24,000 nucleotides of DNA from an uncultured Dehalococcoidia bacterium (GCA_951812535.1 CATOSK010000004.1:277074-301073), one strand, 5' to 3'; positions 1 through 7,871 are shown, counted from the stretch's first letter. Notes: generated from the sequence alone by a model not told the origin. Made by a program: numbers and translations.

Positions 1-1
1 C

Positions 2-1666
2 ACCACCTGGGGACGCCTGGGCACCGACTTCGAGGGATACCGGGAGTGGCTGTTCCAGCAGCCCCACGCCGAGCTGGACGAGGCGGAGCGGATCACTGGG
101 ATCCCACGGGACCAGATCATCCAGGCGGCGGAGATGCTGGCCCGCCCGGTGGACGGACGCCGCCCGAAGACATCATTTGGGCTGGAAAAAGGGAACTACT
201 GGTCCAACAACTACGGCAACACCGCATCCTTCGCCGCCCTCGCGCTGATATGCGGCGCGGGCAACCGACCAGGGCAGGTGGTTTCCCGGCTGGGAGGCCA
301 CCAGCGGGGATGGATGGGCGCTGCTCCCTATCCCATCGACAAGTCGCCCCACCAGCTTCCCGGACGGCGTCGGCAGGAAATCGACCTGGACCGATGGGTC
401 GAGGCGGGGGAGGTCCGGTTCGCCTGGGTCATCGGCACCACCTGGATCAACGCGATGGCCGCATCCCAGGAACTCCACGAAACCTTCGTCCGCATGACAA
501 CCGGGAGCGAGCACCAGGTATCCTCCGCCGACGTGGGCGAAGCGGCGGCGGCCCTGATCCGCCGGGCCGACAGCGGCGGCATGGTTATCGTCGACCAGGA
601 CATCTACCTACAATCCCCCATCGGCGACGAACTGGCGGACATTGTTCTACCCGCCGCCACCTGGGGAGAGCACGATTTCACCCGGTGCAACGGCGAGCGC
701 CGACTGCGGCTGTACTCGAAGTTCAACGACCCGCCCGGCGACTCCCGCCCGGACTGGTGGATCATCGGCCAGTTCGCCCAGAGGATGGGGTTTCCGGGCT
801 ACGACTGGAAGGACTCCAACGAGGTATTCGAGGAGTCCTCCCGGGCCAGCCGGGGCGGGGTACTGGACTACCATGCGCTAGTGGTGCAGGCCAGGGAGCA
901 AGGGCGCCGGGCCCATGACCTGCTACGAGACCTGGGCACCACCGGCATCCAGACCCCCATCCGCCTGGTGGACGGAGAGCTGGTGGGCACCCAGCGGCTG
1001 CATGACTCCACGCTGGAGCTGGGGCCGCCCCAGGGGCCGACCATCCACCGGAAATGGCTGACCAGCTTTGGCACCCATTCCGGGAAGGCCGTCCTCAACA
1101 AGTCTCCGTGGGAATGGTTCAGCGACTTCTACGAGCGAGTCACGCCCAGCGGGGACGAGCTGTGGGTGACCAACGGCCGAATCAACGAGCTGTGGCAGTC
1201 GGCCTTCGACGACCTGCGGAAGCCGTACATCCACCAGCGCTGGCCCGATACCTACGTTGAGATTCATCCCGACGATGCCGGTCCCCGGGGGATCGAAAGC
1301 GGCGACGACGTCTTGATGGAGAACGACGACGTGCTGGTGCAGACCGGGGGTTTCCATCCGGTGGAGGGAGACGGGTTCCTGTTCAGCAAGCTGGACGAGC
1401 AGGGGTTGATCCGGCGGGGGCGGGGGAGCTGCCGGGCGGTGGCCATTGTGTCCGCCGACGTGCGTCCCGGCGTCCTGTACACCAACTTCCTCTACTCGCC
1501 CGGGTGGCCCGAGACTGAGTCCAACAGCCTGGTGCACCGGGTGCCCGACCCCATCACCAACCGCTACCGCTTCAAGCTGGGCAAGGGCCGGATCAGGAAG
1601 ATCGGCGAGTCGCCGTTCAAGAACTCCTTCAAGGCCATGACCTTCAAGTCGCGCACCATCATTTAG
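2..1666 (+). CDS. Molybdopterin (bis-MGD) oxidoreductase catalytic subunit, arsenite-oxidase-large-subunit-like; 5' end lies outside the window
   Basis: Frame 2 is open from base 2 (TTWGRLGTDFEGYREWLFQQPHAELDEAERITGIPRDQIIQAAEML...) to TAG at 1664-1666, so the Met at 134 in the ORF track is internal. It carries DMSO-reductase-superfamily motifs: ADIVLPAATWGEHDF, and a C-terminal molybdopterin-dinucleotide-binding region (VEIHPDDAGPRGIESGDDV). GNYWSNNYGN and RLGGHQRGW resemble arsenite oxidase AioA segments from memory. A strong terminator follows. Confidence 0.85.
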   Translation, partial: TTWGRLGTDFEGYREWLFQQPHAELDEAERITGIPRDQIIQAAEMLARPVDGRRPKTSFGLEKGNYWSNNYGNTASFAALALICGAGNRPGQVVSRLGGHQRGWMGAAPYPIDKSPHQLPGRRRQEIDLDRWVEAGEVRFAWVIGTTWINAMAASQELHETFVRMTTGSEHQVSSADVGEAAAALIRRADSGGMVIVDQDIYLQSPIGDELADIVLPAATWGEHDFTRCNGERRLRLYSKFNDPPGDSRPDWWIIGQFAQRMGFPGYDWKDSNEVFEESSRASRGGVLDYHALVVQAREQGRRAHDLLRDLGTTGIQTPIRLVDGELVGTQRLHDSTLELGPPQGPTIHRKWLTSFGTHSGKAVLNKSPWEWFSDFYERVTPSGDELWVTNGRINELWQSAFDDLRKPYIHQRWPDTYVEIHPDDAGPRGIESGDDVLMENDDVLVQTGGFHPVEGDGFLFSKLDEQGLIRRGRGSCRAVAIVSADVRPGVLYTNFLYSPGWPETESNSLVHRVPDPITNRYRFKLGKGRIRKIGESPFKNSFKAMTFKSRTII

Positions 1667-1690
1667 CCCGCCGCTGGGACGGTAGACGAG

Positions 1691-1726
1691 AAAGCCCGGC
1701 GCCGCTTTGGCGCCGGGCTTGTTTTG
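1691..1726. terminator. Bidirectional Rho-independent terminator between convergent genes
   Basis: Perfect 12-bp stem AAGCCCGGCGCC (1692-1703) / GGCGCCGGGCTT (1709-1720) with loop GCTTT. It is followed by GTTTT on the + strand and preceded by GAGAAA (TTTCTC on the - strand). It sits between the stop at 1666 (+) and the stop at 1749 (-). Confidence 0.7.
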
Positions 1727-1748
1727 CGTTCTGGCCGGTAGACGGGGT

Positions 1749-2780
1749 CTAAAGGTTGAACTGGGGGTCCTGGTAGGAGTGGTCCTTGATATAGACCTGC
1801 AGGCGTCCCCGCTGGGTGTCGCAAATGACGAGGCGGTTGTTCGCCACATCGAAGGCGCAGCCGGTGGGGAGGCGGAACTTCCGCTGCTGCTCGACCTGGT
1901 CCTGAACCTGGTTCCGGCGCTTGACCATGTCGGGGTTGGAGTTCAGGCCAATCTCGCCCCACTTGGAGACTTCCACGGCATCGCCGTAGAGGTAGGTGAT
2001 GGGCTTGGAGTCTTCGTCGTAGATCACAACGCGCTCGTTGAGCCAGTCCACGACGTAGACATCGCCGTCGCCGTCGACGCAGACGCCGGTGGGGTGGTTC
2101 AGGGCGCCGGCGCCCTTGCCGCCATGTCCGAAGGTCATGAGGAAGGCGCCGTCGGGAGCGAATTTCTGGACGCGGTCGTTGCCCCAGTCGGCGACGTAGA
2201 TGTTGCCGGAGCCGTCAAGGCAGATGCCGTAGGGCTTGTTAAACTGTCCATCGGCCTCGCCGCTCTCTCCGAACCCGCCGAGAAGGGTGCCGTCCTTGCT
2301 GAACTTCTTGACGCGGTCGTTGTTGGAGTCGACAACCCAGAGGTTTTCGTCAGCATCAAGGACGATGCCGGCGGGGCCATCCAACTGGCCGTCGCCGCTG
2401 CCCTTCTCTCCCCAGACGCTGAGGAGGTTGCCCTCGCTGTCGAAGGCGCTGATCTGGCTCTTCCACTCGTCGGAGGTGTAGACGTTCTCCTGGCTGTCGA
2501 TCACAACGCCGGTGAGCCAGGTGAAGTGGTGGGAACCGCCGCCACCATAGGCGGGGCCGGTGCGGCCGAACTCGGTGATGAATTCCTGTTCGACATAGTT
2601 TACCTTGCTGATCCGGCTGCTGGGGTTCTGCTCACCGGAACGGTTGGCAACGTAGGCGATGCCGTTGGCGGCGAGGGCCACGCCAACCGGGTTGCTGAAA
2701 CCCATGCCGGCCTGGGCATTGCGGCCGATGTTGTGGCTATACAGCCACGCCCGGCCGGCCGCTATAGTGTTGAGCGCCAT
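1749..2780 (-). CDS. NHL-repeat six-bladed beta-propeller protein (copy A), no signal peptide
   Basis: 343 aa. There are six NHL-like blades, e.g. FNKPYGICLDGSGNIYVADWGNDRVQKF, LNHPTGVCVDGDGDVYVVDWLNERVVIYD and LDGPAGIVLDADENLWVVDSNNDRVKKF. GGAGG RBS lies 7 nt before the ATG. C3-rich codon usage matches the neighbouring minus-strand genes. Confidence 0.85.
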   Translation of the reverse strand: MALNTIAAGRAWLYSHNIGRNAQAGMGFSNPVGVALAANGIAYVANRSGEQNPSSRISKVNYVEQEFITEFGRTGPAYGGGGSHHFTWLTGVVIDSQENVYTSDEWKSQISAFDSEGNLLSVWGEKGSGDGQLDGPAGIVLDADENLWVVDSNNDRVKKFSKDGTLLGGFGESGEADGQFNKPYGICLDGSGNIYVADWGNDRVQKFAPDGAFLMTFGHGGKGAGALNHPTGVCVDGDGDVYVVDWLNERVVIYDEDSKPITYLYGDAVEVSKWGEIGLNSNPDMVKRRNQVQDQVEQQRKFRLPTGCAFDVANNRLVICDTQRGRLQVYIKDHSYQDPQFNL

Positions 2781-2935
2781 ATTTGGGCCTCCATTTTCAA
2801 GGTGCGGGGCGTCCGATAGCCCCTTTAGGTTGAGGAAGGGCCGGGCCGCCCCTCAGCGAAGGAACTCACCCGGCCCCAACTGTGCCTATCCTGGTCCACG
2901 GCAGAACCTCCGCAAGCTCCAAGCTCACGGTGGAC

Positions 2936-4069
2936 TTACTTCTTGAGCCAGTCCAGCTTTTCGAAGTTGCCGTTGACGATGGGGTTGGCGTCCATGCCGA
3001 ACCAGTCTTCCACGATGGTCGAGTAGGCGCCGCGGAAGTCGTAGTTGGGGACGAGGTCGCCCTGTTCGAGGTCCTCGGCCCTGGCCGAAGGATACTCGCC
3101 GTACATTCCGCCCTTGACCATGTCGCCGATGACGAAACCAGCGCCGGCGGCACCGTGGTCGGTGCCGGAGCCATTGTCATGGACGCGGCGGCCGAACTCG
3201 GAGAACAGGTACATGATGACGTTCTCGCCGGCGTCGTGGGCCTTCAGGTCCTCGAAGAAGGCCGCGATGCCCTCGGAGACGTCCTTCCACAGGACGGGGT
3301 GTCCGCCCATCTCGCCGGCGTGGGTGTCGAAGCTGGCGTGCTGGGTGTAGAAGATGCGGGTGCCGAGGTCAGCGAAGTAGACCTGGGCGATGTCCTTGAG
3401 GTGCATGGCGATGGGCGAGTTGGGGTACTCGACCGGGGAGCTGTACATCTCGGGCGCGACCTTGACGATGTCGGCGCCAACCATGGCGTCGGTACCGGTG
3501 GAACGCAGGTAGTCGGTGACGAAGCTGCCGCCGACGGTGGGAGAGTACATGCGGGAGAACAGGTCGAGGGCCTTGGCCCGCTGGTTCTGGTCGCTGATGC
3601 TGGTCAGCAGACCGTAGGTGCTCAGGTCGGCGATGGCGGCGACAGGGACGCCGGGGACGGCGAGAGCGCGGGGGAGGCCATGACCGAAGTTGATGGCGGT
3701 CAGGACGTTGTCCTTGTTGGGGTCGAGCTCGCGGGCGACGCGGCCGGCCCAGCCTTCCGTCCCGACCTTGTCCGGCTCACAGGTGTGCCAGATGTCCATG
3801 GAGCGGAAGTGAGAGCGCGGGGAGTCCTTGTATCCCATGCCATGGATGACAGCGACCTTGCCCTGATCGTAGAGCTCCTTGATGGGACCCATGGTGGGCA
3901 TGAAGCCGAGGTCGTCATTGACCTTGATGATGTCGTCCCGCTCGTACTTCACGTTGGGGCGGTTGTCATAGTACAAGGGGTCGTTGTAGGGGATGACGGT
4001 GTTGTAGTAGTCGTTGCCGCCGGTGAGCTGCAATACGACTATGACCGGGTCTTTCTTGGTCGAAGTCAT
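2936..4069 (-). CDS. DUF1501 family protein (alkaline-phosphatase/sulfatase-like fold), copy A, no Tat/Sec signal
   Basis: 377 aa. Motifs: LQLTGGND near the N-terminus, SRSHFRSMDIWHT, SFDTHA and GSGTDHGAAG. RBS GAAAGGAAAGGAG lies upstream of the ATG. It is about two-thirds identical by eye to the 377-aa paralog at 14998-16131. Confidence 0.9.
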   Translation of the reverse strand: MTSTKKDPVIVVLQLTGGNDYYNTVIPYNDPLYYDNRPNVKYERDDIIKVNDDLGFMPTMGPIKELYDQGKVAVIHGMGYKDSPRSHFRSMDIWHTCEPDKVGTEGWAGRVARELDPNKDNVLTAINFGHGLPRALAVPGVPVAAIADLSTYGLLTSISDQNQRAKALDLFSRMYSPTVGGSFVTDYLRSTGTDAMVGADIVKVAPEMYSSPVEYPNSPIAMHLKDIAQVYFADLGTRIFYTQHASFDTHAGEMGGHPVLWKDVSEGIAAFFEDLKAHDAGENVIMYLFSEFGRRVHDNGSGTDHGAAGAGFVIGDMVKGGMYGEYPSARAEDLEQGDLVPNYDFRGAYSTIVEDWFGMDANPIVNGNFEKLDWLKK

Positions 4070-4189
4070 GCTTTCTGCTCCTTTCCTTTCTGGGTGGTAC
4101 CGAACTTCTGGGTACCGGAGGCGCCGGGGCCCGGGGTGGTCTCACCGGGCCCGGGGCGCATTGCGGGCATTGCCCGCCTGGTTCAAGGT

Positions 4190-5590
4190 TTAGCCGAACT
4201 GGTACTCGGTGGTGGCACCGATGAGGGCCATGGTCTCGCCGATGCGCTGACCGGCGGCTGCCTCGTCGCTCCAGTCCAAGTTACCGCCGCCCTGGGCGTT
4301 CTCGATGAGCTGGTCCATAGTCTCTTCGCTCAGGTTGACGAAGCCCATGTGCTCGGCTGCGGCTGCAATGAGCTGTTCGGGGGTGGAGACACCCTCGGAC
4401 TTCATGTGCTCGATGATGCTCCTGACGCCGGGTAGGTCGGTGTCGGAGACCCGGTCGGCGACGAAGTTAACGCGGGCCAGCAGGGAGCCGCTGTTGATCC
4501 ACTCGGTGCCGGTCTGCCAGCCTTCCACGCTGGGGGGATCCAAGATGGACTGCCCCATGTAGGTGGGCTCTTTGCCGATCTGGAGGACGCCGGGGTCGGG
4601 GTTCTGGAACAGACCGACCATGCGGAGGGTTCCGGCGACGACTTCGGCGGGACTCTTGATCTTGGAGAAGCGGGCGTTCTTGAAGAACTCCGAATTGAAC
4701 ATGAAGCTCAGGAGGGGCTTCATCTCGTAGTTGTTCTCTTCGAAGACCTGGCACATCATGTCCAGGGCCTCTTCGTCGCGGGCCGGCTCGATGGTCCAAG
4801 CGGGAACCTGAACTTCGTCGGCGACGAAGAAGTTGTAGAGGTGGCGGCAGATGAACCGGGCGGTGGCCGGCTGGTTGACGACGATGTCGATGATGTCGGT
4901 GCCGTCGAAGTTGCCGACTTCCCCGAGGAAGGTCTTCTCGCCTTCGTCGTGGTCCTCTTCCTTATACTCGAACTTCCAGGGGTAGCGGCCGTAGGGCTGG
5001 CGGGGGAGCTTCGGGCTGATGGTCCAGCCGGTGAAGGCCCGGGAGCACTCGCGAACGTCTACCTCGGTATAGTTGGAGACGCCCATGGAGAACAACTCGA
5101 GGAGCTCGCGTCCCCAGTTCTCGTTGACGGCGTCACGGTGGTTTTCATTGTTGTCCAGCCAGAAGATCATGGCGGGGTTCTTGGACAGCTCGACGAGCAG
5201 TTCCTTGTAGTTGCCAAGACCATGCTTGCGGAACATGTCGATCTGCTCGAGCAGCTGGTCACAGTTGTCCACCTTGGAGTTGCCGGTGGCGAAAACGTGG
5301 TGCCAGAACAGCGCGATTTTCTCTTCCAGCGGGCGCTCGGTGCTGACCATCTGGTACATCCAGTTGGCCTGACCGGAGAAGGGAGTACCGCCAGGGAGCA
5401 AGAAGCTGGGGTGGTACCGCAGCATCAGCGCCATCTTGCCGCCTTCAACCTCTTCCGGCGGATTCAGGAACTCCTCGACAGTGGCCTCGTACCCTTGAGC
5501 AACCCTTCGCTCCAATTCCTCACGAGACGCCCCGAAACCGACGCGGCGCATCAGGTGGGCCATCAGAGCCAAGTCATCCTTGTGCGACAT
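4190..5590 (-). CDS. DUF1800 family protein, copy A
   Basis: Contains the HLMRRVGFGA and LFWHHVFATG motifs typical of DUF1800. I place the start at ATG 5590 (MSHKDDLALMAHL...) for two reasons: GGAAGGAGG lies 6 nt upstream, and this start aligns with the paralog start MADKDIALMAHL. The ORF-track start at 5623 adds 11 unsupported residues. Confidence 0.85.
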   Translation of the reverse strand: MSHKDDLALMAHLMRRVGFGASREELERRVAQGYEATVEEFLNPPEEVEGGKMALMLRYHPSFLLPGGTPFSGQANWMYQMVSTERPLEEKIALFWHHVFATGNSKVDNCDQLLEQIDMFRKHGLGNYKELLVELSKNPAMIFWLDNNENHRDAVNENWGRELLELFSMGVSNYTEVDVRECSRAFTGWTISPKLPRQPYGRYPWKFEYKEEDHDEGEKTFLGEVGNFDGTDIIDIVVNQPATARFICRHLYNFFVADEVQVPAWTIEPARDEEALDMMCQVFEENNYEMKPLLSFMFNSEFFKNARFSKIKSPAEVVAGTLRMVGLFQNPDPGVLQIGKEPTYMGQSILDPPSVEGWQTGTEWINSGSLLARVNFVADRVSDTDLPGVRSIIEHMKSEGVSTPEQLIAAAAEHMGFVNLSEETMDQLIENAQGGGNLDWSDEAAAGQRIGETMALIGATTEYQFG

Positions 5591-5667
5591 CCGTTGCCTC
5601 CTTCCAATTATTTGCAATACCATTGGTGGGGGATTTTCGTCCCTCTGAACCTTGATATACAGGGGAA

Positions 5668-5696
5668 ATGATATTCCCGGCCAAATAGGTTGTCAA
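5668..5696 (-). promoter_or_regulatory. Sigma70-like promoter for the DUF1800/DUF1501/NHL copy-A operon
   Basis: On the minus strand: TTGACA (5696-5691), a 17-nt spacer, then TATCAT (5673-5668). This is about 70 nt upstream of ATG 5590. Confidence 0.5.
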
Positions 5697-5720
5697 CAGT
5701 GCAAGCGTGATTTCGCCATG

Positions 5721-5748
5721 TTGGGTAGCTGCTAATAACCATTATAAG
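5721..5748 (+). promoter_or_regulatory. Candidate promoter for LLM-1 / hydrolase-1
   Basis: TTGGGT (5721-5726), a 16-nt spacer, then TATAAG (5743-5748). It would give a leader of about 185 nt before ATG 5939. Confidence 0.35.
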
Positions 5749-5897
5749 GTAGAAACGAAGCCGTCTTCCCGGAGTTGGCCGGGCGAGTCCCGGCATAGTT
5801 GGGGCGGAACATGGGAGACGATTTACAGGAAACAGTCACGCCCCCCTGCGGCATGGTATCCTGAGCCGGGCGAGCCCCGGGGCAAGAGGGTGTCCAA

Positions 5898-5925
5898 GAT
5901 TCGTCAGTCCGGATTCGTCAGTCCG
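5898..5925 (+). repeat. Perfect tandem duplication, 2 x 14 bp (GATTCGTCAGTCCG)
   Basis: The sequence at 5898-5911 is identical to 5912-5925. It ends 2 nt before the GGAGGA RBS of the LLM-1 gene. Confidence 0.9.
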
Positions 5926-5938
5926 GCGGAGGAACACG

Positions 5939-7045
5939 ATGAAAGCATCTTACCTGGGGGCAATGGGGTATTCCGACCGGCGGTTTTTCCCGGCGACGTG
6001 GCCCGTTCCTCCGGCTTACCACGACCCGGAGACGTCGGTGCGGAGCTACGAAGAGGGGATGGACGAGTGCGAGTACGCCCAGGAGATGGGGTTCGACTGG
6101 ATCAGCTTCTCCGAACACCACTACTCGGGGCGGATAGCGACGGGGAACCCAGCGGTGATGGCGGCGGCGGTGGCGGAGCGGTGCAAGAGGGTGAAGATCG
6201 CGATGCTGGGGCAACTGCTTCCTCTCAATAATCCCATACGCTGCGCCGAAGAACTGGCGATGCTGGACAACATGACCAACGGGCGCGTAATCGGCGGTTT
6301 CCTGCGGGGGACCCCGAACGAGGACCAGACCTACGGGGTGAACCCATCGGAGGGAAGGGGACGGCTGTTCGAGGGGATGGACCTGATCCTGAAAGCCCTG
6401 ACCGAGCCCCAACCCTTTTCGTGGGAGGGACGTTATCACCAATACCGGACGGTGGCGGTCTGGCCGCGGCCGGTGCAGCAGCCATTACCTCCGGTGGTCG
6501 TGGCCACGCGGAGCGACGACGCGGTGAAGTACGCGGCGGACCACCGGCTGGGATTGGGGGTATCCTTTATTCCGGTGGACCAGATGGTTGCCATCACGGA
6601 TAAATACTTCCAGTGGTGCGCAGATGCAGGTTGGGAGCCGGAGGCTGACCAGGTGGTGTACCGGGGCAGCATATACGTGGCGGAGACGGACGAAAAGGCG
6701 CAGGAATGGGTGCAGCGGCAGAGCATCGGCACGCCGGTTCCGGGGGGAATAGTCATGCGCCCGCTGGTGACCAGTGCGATCAGTGCCGCCCGGAGCGGGC
6801 AGGAATTCGACCTGAGGAGCGTGCTGGCAGGAAGCCCCCAAGGGGACGTGGTCGGGGTAGCCAGAGGGCTGAATTTCGTGGGCGATCCGGATACGGTGGT
6901 CAAGCATATCAAGGAGTTTCACGACCGGTGCGGCGTAGGGGTGGTAGACCTTTTCATGCAGCAGGCCACCCTGACCCACCAGGAAGTGATGGACGAGATT
7001 GACCTGTTCGGGCGGGAGGTCCTGCCGCAACTCAGGGAGCTCTAG
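5939..7045 (+). CDS. Luciferase-like (LLM class) flavin-dependent monooxygenase/oxidoreductase, copy 1
   Basis: 368 aa. Contains GFDWISFSEHHYSG, and a TIM-barrel LLM-type sequence runs throughout. GGAGGA RBS. About 60% identical by eye to the copy at 10501-11607. Confidence 0.9.
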   Translation: MKASYLGAMGYSDRRFFPATWPVPPAYHDPETSVRSYEEGMDECEYAQEMGFDWISFSEHHYSGRIATGNPAVMAAAVAERCKRVKIAMLGQLLPLNNPIRCAEELAMLDNMTNGRVIGGFLRGTPNEDQTYGVNPSEGRGRLFEGMDLILKALTEPQPFSWEGRYHQYRTVAVWPRPVQQPLPPVVVATRSDDAVKYAADHRLGLGVSFIPVDQMVAITDKYFQWCADAGWEPEADQVVYRGSIYVAETDEKAQEWVQRQSIGTPVPGGIVMRPLVTSAISAARSGQEFDLRSVLAGSPQGDVVGVARGLNFVGDPDTVVKHIKEFHDRCGVGVVDLFMQQATLTHQEVMDEIDLFGREVLPQLREL

Positions 7046-7094
7046 TTACGGTGGAGAACGACTTTCGCCGGAGCTATCCGGCGTACATTCCGGT

Positions 7095-7871
7095 ATGACC
7101 CAAGGACACACGATGACTCTTCAACCGGGCCAGATTGAGGTGGAGGGGGTTTCCCTCCGATGTTGGGAGGGAGGCAGCGGCGAATCCGTCGTCATCCTCG
7201 ATGGTCCCTCATGGGATGTTGCCCCTCTGGCGGAGGCTTTGGCCAACGATTACCGGGTGGTCCGGATTGATTTGTCCGGGCTGGGGCAACTGGGCGGTGG
7301 ATTGCTTCCCAAGTCCGGCGTGGGCATGGCGCGGTTGCTGGGAGAAGCCATCGCCTTGATAGGCGTGGAAAAGTACACGCTGATTGCCACCTCTCTTTCC
7401 GCCACGGCAGCGATGTGGCACACGCTGCTGGCACCGGAGCAGGTAGAGGCACTGGCGTTGCTTTCGCCCATCGGCATCAGGCCCACTGGCGATCCATCCC
7501 AGGCTGGGCCGGAGGAACTAGTGGCGCATCCCGAGAGAGGGGGTACGATTCCTTCCCCCGTATCGGAGGAGTGGCGGCGGTTGATGCAGTACATTTCCGC
7601 CGGGGTCCATGACGCGGAGTTGGAGGAGAGGATGGGGGAGATTGGATGCGCGACGCTGGCGGTTTTCGGGTTGGAAGACCGGCTGGTCTCAGGCAAGGCG
7701 GCGCGGGTGTACCGGGAGCGGATTCCCAACTGCAACGTCTCCCTGGTTTACGACGCGGGGCACGCGCTGCTGTGCGACCGGCCCGAGGCGGTAATCAGCG
7801 CGGTGGCGGATTTCGTGGAGAGGCGGGAGACGTTCATCGTGGGGCGGGAGTCGGGGGTTATAAACCCGTAA
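7095..7871 (+). CDS. Alpha/beta hydrolase fold protein (Ser nucleophile, variant elbow)
   Basis: Fold-typical layout: VVILDGPSW, nucleophile elbow LIATSLSA (AxSxS instead of GxSxG), FGLEDRLV (Asp) and YDAGHALL (His). The start is ATG 7095, or 7113. The ORF-track start at 6999 overlaps the end of the LLM gene. Confidence 0.8.
   Translation: MTQGHTMTLQPGQIEVEGVSLRCWEGGSGESVVILDGPSWDVAPLAEALANDYRVVRIDLSGLGQLGGGLLPKSGVGMARLLGEAIALIGVEKYTLIATSLSATAAMWHTLLAPEQVEALALLSPIGIRPTGDPSQAGPEELVAHPERGGTIPSPVSEEWRRLMQYISAGVHDAELEERMGEIGCATLAVFGLEDRLVSGKAARVYRERIPNCNVSLVYDAGHALLCDRPEAVISAVADFVERRETFIVGRESGVINP

Noticed and set aside
46-918. 290-aa ORF in an alternative frame of the molybdoenzyme gene (Arg/Pro/Gly-rich), plus similar off-frame ORFs such as 8268-9077 (-) and 21328-22032 (-).
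   Set aside because: The composition is typical of out-of-frame reading of GC-rich coding sequence, and the overlapping frame carries the real conserved motifs.
3780-3811. 32-nt run identical between the two DUF1501 paralogs (3780-3811 versus 15842-15873), and near-identical first 26 nt (4044-4069 versus 16106-16131). Considered as evidence for recent gene conversion.
   Set aside because: The run encodes the invariant motif HFRSMDIWHTCEP. With the extreme C3 codon preference of minus-strand genes, identical amino acids give identical codons. The surrounding sequence is well diverged.
2882-4435. Very long ORFs antisense to real genes. Examples: 2882-4435 (+), 1707-2819 (+), 4841-5671 (+), 8803-9852 (+), 13461-14381 (+), 14905-16182 (+), 16199-17605 (+), 20135-21229 (+), 20865-22775 (+) and 10949-11689 (-).
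   Set aside because: - They are shadow ORFs typical of high-GC DNA.
- Their translations are low-complexity (G/A/V/D/R/P-rich) with no recognisable motifs.
- Each is fully overlapped by an opposite-strand gene with clear family motifs and an RBS.
5591-5623. Upstream start (5623) for DUF1800 copy A.
   Set aside because: The start would lie upstream of the strong GGAAGGAGG RBS that serves ATG 5590 and would place that RBS inside the coding sequence. The paralog begins at the position equivalent to 5590.
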